Shown here one piece after another: positions 18,833 to 28,912 of a stretch of 64,000 nt of DNA. Each line of letters starts with the position of its first letter. Within the stretch, counting starts at the first letter, position 1. The DNA is from an uncultured bacterium (lineage in GTDB: Bacteria; Actinomycetota; Actinomycetes; S36-B12): positions 156,210 to 220,209 of the forward strand of contig CAWBZB010000004.1 in the NCBI GenBank assembly GCA_963793105.1, in the 5' to 3' direction. The position numbers and the translations under genes are program-made. The notes beneath the pieces are model-generated. The model saw only the letters and a program-made list of their open reading frames with translations. It was not told the DNA's origin and searched no databases.

Positions 18833-19528
18833 TCAGTGGATGCCGCACTCCGTCTTGTCGAAGCCACTCCATCGCCCTGCCCGCGGATCCTCTCCAGGCG
18901 CAACAGGACGCGTACACGGGCGACAGCCGACCGAGGGATACCCCTGAGCCATCAGCGCGCAGACGTCAACCGCGTTCTCGGCGGTGAAGATCGCCAAGTC
19001 GGCGTCCGACCAGTCGAGCAGAGGGGAGATCTTGACGACATTTCTTGTGGAGTCGAAGGCGATTTGGCGGGCATCGTGACGCGTGTCAGAGGACCCTCGC
19101 CGGAGTCCCGTGAGCCAGGCCTCCGATCCGGCGAGCACATCTTCGAGTGGCTGGACCTTGCGAAGTGAACAGCACAGGTCCGGGTCGCGGTTCCACAGGT
19201 CGGGTCCGAACCGCTCGTTCTGCTCCTCGACCGACAACGGACTCGAGACCGTGACAACGGTCAGTCCCGTCCTGCGACGGACCCGCTCGAGGGTGTCCAT
19301 GGTCTCCGGGAAGTGGTACCCCGTGTCGACGAAGACCACCGGAATGCCGGGTGCAATGGTCGCAATCAGCGTCGAAAGTGAGGTGTTCGCCATCGACTGG
19401 GTCGCAATGATGCGGTCGCCGAACTGCTCAGCCGCCCATCTGACGAGGTCGGCGGCCTCGGCGCCACGCAAGTCCGCCTCACCGCGCTCGGCGATAGCCC
19501 GAAGGGTCTCGGGCGAACGTCGCTGCAT
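18833..19528 (-). CDS. cysH: adenylyl-/phosphoadenylyl-sulfate reductase (thioredoxin-dependent), producing sulfite
   Basis: ORF 18833..19600. Motifs VDTGYHFPET and the C-terminal ECGIH, plus a CC...CxxC Fe-S pattern (DLCCSLRK; VGCRPCT) suggesting the APS-reductase type. I prefer ATG 19528 (MQRRSPE), which avoids overlap with the upstream gene. Confidence 0.85.
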   Translation of the reverse strand: MQRRSPETLRAIAERGEADLRGAEAADLVRWAAEQFGDRIIATQSMANTSLSTLIATIAPGIPVVFVDTGYHFPETMDTLERVRRRTGLTVVTVSSPLSVEEQNERFGPDLWNRDPDLCCSLRKVQPLEDVLAGSEAWLTGLRRGSSDTRHDARQIAFDSTRNVVKISPLLDWSDADLAIFTAENAVDVCALMAQGYPSVGCRPCTRPVAPGEDPRAGRWSGFDKTECGIH

Positions 19529-19548
19529 CGACCGAAGGGTTGTGTTCG

Positions 19549-21227
19549 TCACGACGATCCCGGCGTTCGCAGAGCCTTCAGGGTGCTCCAGGCCCGACAC
19601 GCAAGCTGCAGATTGAAGTTCACGTCGGGATCGCCGATGGGCAGTCCGGACACGTCGCGGATCCGCTGGAGACGGTACTTCAAGGTGCTGCGATGGATGA
19701 GGAGCGCCTCCGCGGTCGCGTCATACCTCCCCCCGCATTCCAGGTAGCGGTACAACGTCAGCACGAGTTCGGAGTGGCGGCGCTCGTCATACTCGATCAG
19801 GGGGCCGAGCCACTGCGTCACGAACTTCTCGATCTCACGGGAGTCCTCGGCAGATGCGAGAAGCCGGTACACGCCCAGGTCGTCGAACGAGACCACATGG
19901 TGGGCTCCGATCCTGCCGTTGAGCAGGTTCAGGGCCAGCACGGCCTCGCGATGCGAAGTCGGGAAGTCCTCGGGGCCGTGGGTGAGTCCGCCCACGCCGA
20001 TACGGCAGTTGCCGCCCGCGAGCTCGCGGACGACGGTTTCCTGCACGTCCTCCCAGCCGACGTCGCGGTCCGTGAGGAGGACGACGGTGCCGGCGCGCGC
20101 GACCAGCAGCGACCCGAGACCGAAATCCCTGGCCGCGCGCCTGACAGCAGTGAAGAACTGGTCCTCGTCGCGCGTGCGGCCGCGCCCCTCGAAGACGACG
20201 ACGCGATGCGGAAGGTTCAGGTCGTGCTGGAACGCCTCTCCTCGCTGGACGGCGGACTCCCCGCCCGTGCCGGATAGCAGGTCCTCGACGAGATCACGCC
20301 GGACCCGGACTTCGGTGTCGGCGACCGTGCGCTGTCGCGCAAGTTCCATCGAGAGAATGGTGGCCCCGTACTCGAGAGCCGCGAGGTCCTCGTTGCGCGC
20401 CGCCCGCTCGGGGTCGATCAGGGCGATGACGCCCACAGAGTCCGGCCGAGGTGACGCGGCACGCATGACACGTCCGGACTCCCACGTCGACTGTCCCTCA
20501 CGCAGGAGACGCCTGAGCAACTGCTCTCGCCGGGCCGGCGGGTCCTTGGAGAACGTCGGGGGATCACCGGGGCCAGCCCACGCCCGCAGGTTCCCGTAGC
20601 GGTCCTCGATGATCACGGGTAGCCCCGTGACCTCGTGCACGGCGTTGGCGATCCCTTCCATCCCCTCACCCGACGCGGCAGCCCGGGTGAGTCGATCGTG
20701 GATCTCGATTCGCTGGGCTAGGGCGCTGACGGTCGCCTCGAGCTGGGAATTGACCGAGGCGAGCACGGCCGCCGCGTTGCGCTCGATCTGGTGAAGTCGG
20801 CTGTTGCGGATGGCGGTGCCGATCTGCTGGGCGAGGACGCGGAGCAGGAAATGCCCGTCGTTATCGATTCCACGACCCGCGGCCACGACCATGTGCCCCA
20901 GCGAGGTCGAGATGCCGCCGAGGGAGTATGCCCAGGCCCATTGCGACCCAGGGATCGCGACGGCTCCCCCATCCGTCGGCAGATCCAGAATCGCAGGCGG
21001 CGCGGCGATGTCATCGTCACCAGGAGTCCACACGGTGGTCTCCCCGTCATGGGTGAAGACGCCGACCAGCCGGCAGGCCGCGAAGAGGGGGCTGCGCTGG
21101 CCCCGAGCCGGATGATCTGCTTCTCGTCCGAGCTCTCCGTCATCAGCATTGACAGGACGAGCAGCGCGTTGAGCCGCGAGAGCTGACCACGCATCTCGAC
21201 GTCGGTCGCGGCATCCACCGCTGTCAT
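19549..21227 (-). pseudogene. PucR-family transcriptional regulator (GAF-like N-terminus, PucR C-terminal HTH), frameshifted in a G5/C5 run at 21087-21091
   Basis: The C-terminal 494 codons are ORF 19549..21033, with HTH LLIHRSTLKYRLQRIRDVSGL. The true N-terminus MTAVDAATDVEMRGQLSRLNALLVLSMLMTESSDEKQIIRLGASAAPS lies in ORF 20718..21470. Frames join as ...AAP/LFAACRLVGVFTHDGETTVWTPG. Its ATG 21227 overlaps the MEDS stop (ATGA). Confidence 0.8.
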
Positions 21228-21847
21228 GCCGGTTCGGGCACCCGGTTGGCCAGGAACTCGTGCGGCTCGAGGTAGTACGGGTTGTCCAGCAGCGTGCCGC
21301 ACAGCAGGATCTTGGGATGCGTTCTGAGCAAATCGACGACTACTCGACCGTCGAACTGGTCCAGGTCGTATAGACAGACGATTACCTGCGGGTACAGGGG
21401 CAGGAAGGTGTTGAGCTCGGCCTCGTACTCGACGAGATCCTCGACACCCGGCAGCTGCCTGAGCGCCCACGTCATCTCGCCTACGCTGCGCGCGAACTCA
21501 TACCTGCTCTCCTTCATCGAGCCGCCGACGGCTCCATCCCAGAAATCGAGCATCGCCGGCTTGGAGAAGCTGCCGTCCCTGAGGTACGTGTCTTTCGAGC
21601 ACAAGACAGCCAGCTGGTCGTCCGCGTCCGCCGTGACCGGAGCGACTTCGGCCCCGAGCCGGGATCGCAACTCCTCCGGATCTGCCTGATCGAGGACGGC
21701 AATGCACTTGTCACCGCGATCCAGGCCCGCCTGCAGGTACGGGACGAGGATTTCGTCGCGACCAGCCGAGGTCCGGTAAAAGGCGCAGACATGGTCGCCG
21801 ACCGAGACACTCATGCCTGGTGGACCGAAGGACACTGAGTTCTCCAC
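21224..21847 (-). CDS. MEDS-domain (DcmR-type sensory domain) protein
   Basis: ORF 21224..21847. GTG 21847 lies 8 nt after aaggagg. GDHVCAFY...YLQAGLDRGDKCI...VCLYDL pattern typical of MEDS domains. Confidence 0.7.
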   Translation of the reverse strand: MENSVSFGPPGMSVSVGDHVCAFYRTSAGRDEILVPYLQAGLDRGDKCIAVLDQADPEELRSRLGAEVAPVTADADDQLAVLCSKDTYLRDGSFSKPAMLDFWDGAVGGSMKESRYEFARSVGEMTWALRQLPGVEDLVEYEAELNTFLPLYPQVIVCLYDLDQFDGRVVVDLLRTHPKILLCGTLLDNPYYLEPHEFLANRVPEPA

Positions 21848-21936
21848 GAGGTTCGCCTCCTTGCGTGATGTCTGCCGAGCCTAGCTCCGATCAGACCATT
21901 CACATAGCCCTGCTAAGACGATTAGAAGGCATAGCT

Positions 21937-21953
21937 TCGTCCCACAGGGACGA
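21937..21953. promoter_or_regulatory. palindrome GTCCC-ACA-GGGAC upstream of the MEDS-PucR-cysH genes; operator candidate, or alternatively the terminator of the aldehyde dehydrogenase gene
   Basis: tcgtccc-aca-gggacga at 21937-21953. The core matches GTCCY-N3-RGGAC, which is seen twice at 30679-30707. Lies ~90 nt upstream of the MEDS start and 7 nt past the stop at 21960. Confidence 0.4.
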
Positions 21954-21959
21954 GGTTTG

Positions 21960-23391
21960 CTACTTGCCGTAGCGCGCCCAGTGCGCGGAGAAGATCTCGT
22001 CGGGATCCGCCGGACTCGGAGCGATGGTCCGCGAGACCCACGTCAGATTGACGAAGTGCCGAGCGTTCACGTTCTCCGTGGTGATGTTCCCGCCCCAGGT
22101 GCCGCAGCTCAGACTCAGGGTGAACGGGAGGCCGTTTCGCGCACTGCCGGCCCCCTCGTTGAGATTCTGGTTGACCATGACCCTGGCCGTGCGCGTGCCG
22201 AAGGCGAGGGCGTCAACGTGCTCGTCCGAGGCGGTGTGGATCCCGCAGGTATGCCCGAGGCCCTGATAGGCGGTGATGGCGTTCACCAGCCCGACCGCTT
22301 CATCGATGTCGAGCCGTAGCGGTACACCGCCAGGACGACCGAGAGCTTCTCGCCGGAGAATGGGTGAGCCGGGCCGGCACCATCCTCCTCCACCATGAGG
22401 AAGGTTGCGCCATCGGGAAGGGTGATGGCAGCCAGATCGGCGATGTGCTGGGCTGACTTGGCGATGACGTCAAGGGTCGGGATGTGCCCGCCATCGGGCC
22501 ACATCGCGGCCTGGAGCCGGGTCTTCTCGTCGGGCGTGCAGAGGTAGCCTCCCGCCGCCTGCAGGCGAGCCAGCAGGTCTTCGTAGACGGCGTCGGCAAC
22601 GATCAGAGAGTTGTCGGCAAGGCAGCTCGTCGCCAGGTCGAACGTCTTTCCCGCGGCGATCGTGGCTGCCGCGTCCGCTAGATCTGCGGTCTCGTCGACC
22701 ACATGCACCGAGTTCCCCACCCCGACGCCGTAGGCGGGAGTCCCGGAACTGTAGGCGGCCTTCACCATGGCGGCGCCGCCCGTGGCCACGATGAGATCGG
22801 CCTGGCGCATCAACTCCCGGGTCTTGTCGATCGACGGGGAGACGAGGCCCTGGATCAGGTCTTCGGGCGCACCGACCTGCGCGCAGGCGGCGCGCATGTA
22901 CTCGACGGAGAGCTCGCTGGTGCGCCTCGTGCGGGGATGGGGGGCGACGACGATGGCGTTGCGTCCCTTCAGCGCCATGAGCGCTTTCATGGGGGGGGTG
23001 GCATCCGGACCGGTCGTCGGGATGAGGGCCGCGACGACACCGACTGGCTTGGCGATCTTCACGAGGCCGCGCTCGGGATCCTCCTCGACGACGCCCACGG
23101 TGCGGATACTGCGCATGTCGGCCAGCAGCCCGGTCACGCGCCGGTGGATCTTCGTCACCTTGTCGTCGTACGTTCCGAAGCCGCCCTCGTCCACGGCGAG
23201 TCGAGCGAGCGTCTCGGGGTGATCGCCACCCACTATCGCCCACCCGACCGCGGTCACCAGTGCGTCGATCCGCTCCTGGTCCCAGTCGCTGATCGCCTCC
23301 GAGCCGCGCGGGCTCGAGCCACCACGGCGGCGATCTCATCGGCAACGGTCATTTCGGTTGCGGGCGCGGGAGAAGTCTCGGTGCTCGTCAT
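21960..23391 (-). pseudogene. CoA-acylating aldehyde dehydrogenase (EutE/PduP/SucD/SauS-like), two frameshifts
   Basis: Three fragments. ORF 23254..23463 holds the N-terminus MTSTETSPAPATEMTVADEIAAVVARARAA. ORF 22283..23257 holds the core with catalytic Cys in FDLATSCLADNSLIV. ORF 21960..22286 holds the C-terminus NAITAYQGLGHTCGIHT. Junctions read at ~23298-23304 (..ARAA/EAISDWDQERIDALVTAVGW) and ~22311-22316 (..VYRYG/LDIDEAVGLVNAI). Confidence 0.8.
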
Positions 23392-23511
23392 AGCGGACAG
23401 GCTGGGCCCTGATGCCCCGCCACGGCACCGGCCCAATTGGGCGAAGGTCAGCCGGTATCTCACCCTCCGGGGACATGTGCATCCTGCGGGACAGAAGCAA
23501 TCGTTCGACGC

Positions 23512-25091
23512 ATGACCACGACAGGAATGAACGTACGCAACGACGCCGTGAGCAACGCGGAGTGGCGGAGCCTGATCGACCGATTCGAATCGGGAGAACT
23601 CCAGGGCCCGATCCTCAACATCGACGAGGACTCGGACGTCGAGTACGACGCCATCTTCGTCGGCGGTGGAGCCGGTGGAAGATTTGGTTCCGCCTATCTC
23701 AGGGCGCGGGGCGGCCGGCAGCTACCGTCGACCGCTGGCCCTTCCTGGGCGGCTCGTGTCCGCATCAGGCCTGCGTCCCCCACCACCTGTTCTCGGAATC
23801 GGCGCGCGAACTGGACCTCGCGCGCATCCTGTCGGGCCGGCTGTGGTTCCCGGAGTTCGACGAATCGCGTGCGTCGATTCTCGACCTGGTCGAGCTGTTC
23901 AAGTCCGGCCGGAATAGCGCGCATGCCTTCATGAACTACCAGAGCAAGGAACAGCTGGGGATGGAGTACATCCTCAATGCCTCTGCCACGGTCATCGATG
24001 CCCACACCGTCGAGGTGGCCGGGCGCCGGTTCACCGCGAAGAACCTCGTGCTGGGCACTGGCGCGAGCACGGTGCCGCTCGACGTCCCGGGGATCGACCT
24101 CCCGGGAGTATTCGACTACGCGACCCTCATCGAGGATCTCGACTACGACCCGAAGTCGTGCGTGATCATCGGCGGGTCGAAGGTCGCGATCGAGTACGGC
24201 TCCTTCTTCCAGGCAGCCGGCTGCCAGACCACGATCCTCACGCGCAGCCCGCTGATGACGACGAAGAGCCTGCATCATGTGGACGAGGACGTACGGCAGT
24301 ACGTGGTGAGGGGAATGCGCGATCGGGGCATGTCGATCCTGGAGGGCGCCCATCCGATCGCCGTCGTCGGCACCAACCGGGCCACCGGCGTGACCGTGCG
24401 GCTTGCCGACGGGTCCACCGTGGATCTGCCGTGCGACATGGTCTTCATTGGTACGGGCGAGAGGGCGAACTCCGACCACTATGTCGATGTGCTCGGGGTC
24501 GCCGTCGATGATCGCGGGTCCATCGTCGTCGACGATCACATGCGCACGTCCGTCCCGAACGTCTATGCCGTGGGTGACCTCATCGGCCCCCCGATGGAGA
24601 TGTTCAAGGCTCGTAAGTGCGGGATGACGGCGGCTCGGAACATCATGGGCGAGGACTATTCGTTCGATTTCACCGAGTACCCGGATTTCCTGCATTCGAC
24701 CTACGAGGTCACGTGGGTCGGCTTGTCGGAGGCCGAGGCCCGGGCAACGTTCGAAGACGTCATCGTGATCCAGATGCCGCCACCCGGCGTTCCCCACGGA
24801 GACATCCCGCTGCCGTGCGCCGAGGGCACGATGCTCCTCGCGTTCACTCACCCGGAGAAGACCGGGTTCCAGAAGGCGATCTTCGACGCCAAGAGCCGCA
24901 AGCTGGTCGGAATTCACCATGTCGGCTTCGGGGCCAAGGACTCGTTCCAGTATCTGGACTTCCTCATCCACCGAACTGAGGGACTCACCATCGACGAACT
25001 GGCGGAGATGAACGAACTCTTCCTCAACTCGGGCCACTTCATCCAGTTGTCCCGGCTTCGCGCCGGCGCCATGGAGCTCAGCTCGCTGTAG
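23512..25091 (+). pseudogene. xecC: 2-oxopropyl-CoM reductase (carboxylating), 2-KPCC homologue; one frameshift at ~23721-23726
   Basis: N-terminus in ORF 23437..23934: MTTTGMNVRNDAVSNAEW...YDAIFVGGGAGGRFGSAYLRARGGRQL. The rest is in ORF 23412..25091: TVDRWPFLGGSCPHQACVPHHLF ... VPNVYAVGDLIGPPMEMFKARK ... ELFLNSGHFIQLSRLRAG. It is near-collinear with my recollection of Xanthobacter 2-KPCC, including CxxxxC and the Phe...His replacement of the DSOR His-Glu dyad. Confidence 0.85.
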
Positions 25092-26602
25092 CCCCATCGG
25101 TTGCCAGGGACCGGGCCACGTCAAGGAGCGATGCTCTCGAAGCGTTGTTGGCTGCTCGGCGCTCGACGCGCCAGGCGTCCTCGACCGCAACGAGGGCGCG
25201 AAGAGAGGCGATCTCGTCGCGCACCGCCTGTGGGGCGCATCCGCCAGCCTCGCGTCGAGACGCCACGAGCGTGGCGGGGTCGAGAACGGCTGCCACATCG
25301 AAGGTCGAGCCGGGGTCCGGCATGGCAGAGCCAGTGACGATCCGGGCGGCATCGTCGAGCGATGCCGCCGTGATCCCGCTCGCGTCCTCGAGTGAACGCG
25401 CGACGGCACGCCCCACCACGCGGTAGGCGGTCCGGTAGTCCAGGCCGACACGGAGGACCAGTTCGTCCGCCAGATCGGTGGCGGCGATCTGCTCGTCCTG
25501 AGCGGAACGGGACAGTGCTGAGGTGTCGATGGCGATCGTGCGGATCACTGCCGTCGCCAGTTCGACGATGCGACGTGACAGCACCAGGGACGACGAAACC
25601 TCGCCATACGTGTGCAGCCAGTTGTCCGTCTGCGCCGAGGGTGTCCTTGCAGTGGCCATGAGACCGGTGAGACGCCCGATCAGAGTGCTTGCGCCCGAGC
25701 GGATCACGGCCAGCGCGTACGGGTTGCGCTTCTGCGGCATGAGGACGGACGCCCGGCAGAGGGAGGCGTCCAGGGTGACGAAGCCGAAGGCAGGGCTCGC
25801 GAAGATCTGGAGGTCCTCGGCCAGCCGGTCCGCCGTCAGGGCGGCCTGAACGGCCGCGGCGACCACGTCGATCAGCCCGTCCAGATTCCACATTGTGTCG
25901 CGGGTGTTGCGCCCGACCGCAGCGAAGCCGAGGAGCTCGGCCAGGCCGTCGCGGTCCAGCCCGAGGCGCGTGCCGCCCACGCCCCCCGAGCCGGCGGGCG
26001 AGATGTTCGACCGACGAGTAGCACTGGCGCAGGCGGGGCAGGTCGCGGCCCGCCTCCTCGGCGAACGAGGCGATGTAGTGCCCGAAGGTGGAGGGCTGCG
26101 CCGGCTGCAGGTAGGTCATGTCCGCCCAGAGCGCATCGGCGGTCTCGTCGGCGCAGTCGGCCAGCGCCTGCGTGAAGTCCGAGGTGGCCTGCGCCAAGTC
26201 GAGGATCAACTCCCGGGTGGCGATTCGGAAGGCGATGCGGCCGGCCTCACGCCGAGTCCGACCGAGGTGGACCCAGCCGGCCAGGTCGCCGACTCGCCTG
26301 GTGAGCTCCTTCTCTCGGCTGTTGTAGGCGTCACCGAGCATGACGTCATAGGGGAACTCCTCGACCGGGACAGCGCCGAGCTCGAGAAGGGCAGCGAGAA
26401 GCGTCGGGGCGCGCTCAGCCGGCAGCAGCTCCTGTCGGGCGAGCGTGATGACATGTGCGAGGTCGGCGAGCGTGAGGCCGTCGTGCAGCAGCGGGGCGTC
26501 GCTGAGCTCAAGGGCGTATCCGGCGGCCACCATCTCCGGCGCCGGCCCCGACGAGATCCTGCCGTCGGTACCCAGGTAGCCCTCGGGCGTTGGCGCGCTC
26601 AC
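25078..26602 (-). pseudogene. aspartase/fumarase-superfamily lyase (argininosuccinate-lyase-like), CoM-biosynthesis type; one frameshift at ~26007-26012
   Basis: GTG 26602 follows aaggaggtg and overlaps the upstream stop (GTGA). The N-terminal half reads in the frame of ORF 25121..27460 (VSAPTPEGYLGT...TYLQPAQPSTFGHY...QCYSSV). The C-terminal half is ORF 25078..25980 (NISPAGSGGVGGTRLGLDR...SVLMPQKRNPYAL). Confidence 0.8.
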
Positions 26603-27578
26603 AAGCCACCTCCTTGTGCGAACAGCGTAGGGGCCCCGCCAGTGACGAGGAAGACTGTCGGCCCGCGCTGAGCTCCCGTCCGGGCCTGCGCCAGCAAGGC
26701 TGCCATGGCCTTGGCCCCGAACACGGGGTCGAGGATGACCGCCTCCCTGCCGGCGACGAGATCCGCAGCAGAACGGCCCTCGTCCGAGGCGATGCCGTAC
26801 CCGGGACCGATCCAGCCGTCGACCACCTCCACCGCGGTCCGCGGCGGGGCCTGGATCCCGAGCAGGGCAGCCGTCCCTGAGGCGAGGTCGTAGACCCGGG
26901 TGCGGCACTCCGCGACGGGTCGGCTCACGGTGACGCCGACGACACGGGACAGCATGTCGGCGCCCACGGCCGCGACGAGCCCTGCCTGCGTGCCGCAGGA
27001 CCCGGTTCCGAGCCATACCGTGGGTTTCTCGATCCGCCACCTCGCGACACTGGGCGTCCAGCTCCGTGGCGGCGGCAAAGTAGCCGAGGCTGCCGCGGGC
27101 GGTCGCCCCCCCTCGGGGGAGCACGAGGGGGCGTCGACCCTGCGCACGAAGGCGATCAGCGGTCTCCTCGATCAGCTGGTCGACCGACGCACGGTCCTTC
27201 GTTCCGGTCCACCTGATGCGGGCGGCGGTCCACTCGTGCAGTAGCAGGTTGCCGCGCGCCGCCTCGGGTGCGCTCCCGTACAAGCAGAGCTCCCGACTCC
27301 AGGCCGCATCGGCGGGCCGCCAGCGCCGCGAGCAGGGCCCAGTTCGACTGCGGCCCCGAGCCCGTGACGAGGACATCGCAGCCGTCCTCCATCGCCGCGC
27401 CGAGCAGGAACTCCAATGCTCGGACCTTGTTGCCGCCGAGACCCACGGCGGTGAGGTCATCGCGCTTGAGCCAGATCGGGATCCCGGCGGCCGCCGAGAG
27501 CCGGGGCGCCTCCTGCAGAGGCGTCGGGAACAGGCCCAACGTCACCCGCGGGATCCGATCCAGGACGCCGTCAGGCAT
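26599..27578 (-). pseudogene. PLP-dependent enzyme of the ACC-deaminase/D-cysteine-desulfhydrase family; two frameshifts
   Basis: Fragment 1 (frame of ORF 27156..27980): MPDGVLDRIPRVTLGLFPTPLQ...WLKRDDLTAVGLGGNKVRALEFLL, with the PLP Lys. Fragment 2 (frame of ORF 25121..27460): ELCLYGSAPEAARGNLLLHEW...GGATARGSLGYFAAATELDAQ. Fragment 3 (ORF 26599..27147): IEKPTVWLGTGSCGTQAGL...VFLVTGGAPTLF. Junctions at ~27292-27294 (extra g in a G-run) and ~27040-27050. Confidence 0.8.
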
Positions 27579-28912
27579 GGTCGGGATCGAGAACGCTGTC
27601 AATGAAACGAGAAATAGATCCCAAGGCGTTCCGCGGATCCAGCAGCCTGTCGATCTCCTCGTCGTCGAGGTCCGCCAGGCGAGCGTCTGCGCGAAGTGCG
27701 GAACGAAGGTCGACGTCAGCCTCGCGACCGGCGAGCGCTGCCTCGTACACGATGCGGTGCGCGGTGTGTTTCCCCACTCGATCGGCCAGTGCGCGCATGA
27801 CCGGCTCGGACATGACGTAGCCGCGTTGGGCTTCGAGGTTGCGGCGCATCCGCTCCGCGTCGACCTCGAGGCCGTCGAGGATCCTGACCGCGGCCGCGAC
27901 GCTGACGCCTGCGTAGAGGCATGCCTCGGGAAGCAGGACCCACTCGGACTTCCAGGATCGCCCGTCGCGCTCGTGGCCATGGATCATCGCCTGTGTGGCG
28001 AGATCAGCATCGGCGCGAACGAAACGCGCCAGGCTGCCGACATGCTCGGACAGCTCGGGATTGCGCTTGTGGGGCATCGTGATGCTGCCCACCGTGCCTG
28101 GAGTCAGCGGCTCGCGCAGCTCCCCGATCTCGGACCGCTGGAGCTCGTAGACCTCGTCTCCGATCTTGGCGACCGTGGCCGTGATCATCGCGAGCAGGCT
28201 GACGAACTCGGCGAGGCCGTCACGTGCGGTGAGCCACGGGATCAGCGGACGCCCAGGCCGAAGCCGCCGCGCGAACGAGGCGAGCATGGGTTCGGCTCGA
28301 TCACCCCAGAACTCCATGGATCCCAGCCCGCCGCCCAGTTCGACGAGCTCACGCCGCGGACGGCCCTGCTCCAGCCGTTCGAGGTGCCGGTCGATCTCAG
28401 CGGTCCAGACGGCCGTCTTGAAGCCGAACGTGATGGGCAGGCCGGGCTGACCGTGCGTGCGTCCACACATGATGGTGTCGCGGTGCACCCGCGTGAGGTC
28501 CGCGGCCGCGGCCCGCGCCCGGCGAAGGTCTCGTTGATGATGTCGCGACCCTGCGCATGGCCAGCGCGGACCAGGTGTCGGTGAGGTCCTGAACTGTGGC
28601 ACCGTAGTGACCCACTCGCGGGCCTCCTCCGGAGTCGCGCTCGAACAGCCGGATGAGCCCGAGGGTCGAGTGTCCGGTCATGCGGGTCAGCTCGCCGACC
28701 TCGTTCGGGTCCGGCTGCCAGGCCTGGATCGTGCTCCGGATGGCCCCAGCGGCCGGGGCGGGAACGAGCCCAACCTCAGCCTGCGCCTCGGCGAGTGTCG
28801 CAAGGGATCCGAGCCAGGCGCTCAGTCGACCCTCGTCGGTGAACATCGCGTGGATCTCCGGCGTGGACCAGAGATGGCCGTAGATGGCGGAGTCGACGAG
28901 GTGGGCGCTCAT
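27571..28912 (-). pseudogene. second aspartase/fumarase-superfamily lyase (adenylosuccinate-lyase/carboxymuconate-cycloisomerase-like); at least one frameshift at ~28523-28550
   Basis: N-terminus MSAHLVDSAIYGHLWSTPEIHAMF...GATVQDLTDTWSALAMRRV is in ORF 28397..29119. The rest is in ORF 27571..28602: RARAAAADLTRVHRDTIMCGRTHGQPGLPITFGFK ... GSITMPHKRNPELSE. ATG 28912 overlaps the upstream stop (ATGA). Confidence 0.8.

Noticed and set aside
23392-23511. A GTCCY-N3-RGGAC-type operator in the ALDH / 2-KPCC divergent promoter (catcctgcgggac).
   Set aside because: The sequence is one base short and not palindromic (TCCT versus GGAC arms), so it does not match the motif found at 30679-30707 and 21939-21951.
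25121-27460. A 779-codon ORF on the minus strand, the longest ORF across the CoM biosynthesis genes.
   Set aside because: - It is a chimera. Only two internal stretches look like real protein: the middle of the PLP enzyme and the N-terminal half of lyase 1.
- The remainder is Arg/Gly/Pro-rich out-of-frame translation.
- The locus is better explained as three frameshifted genes.
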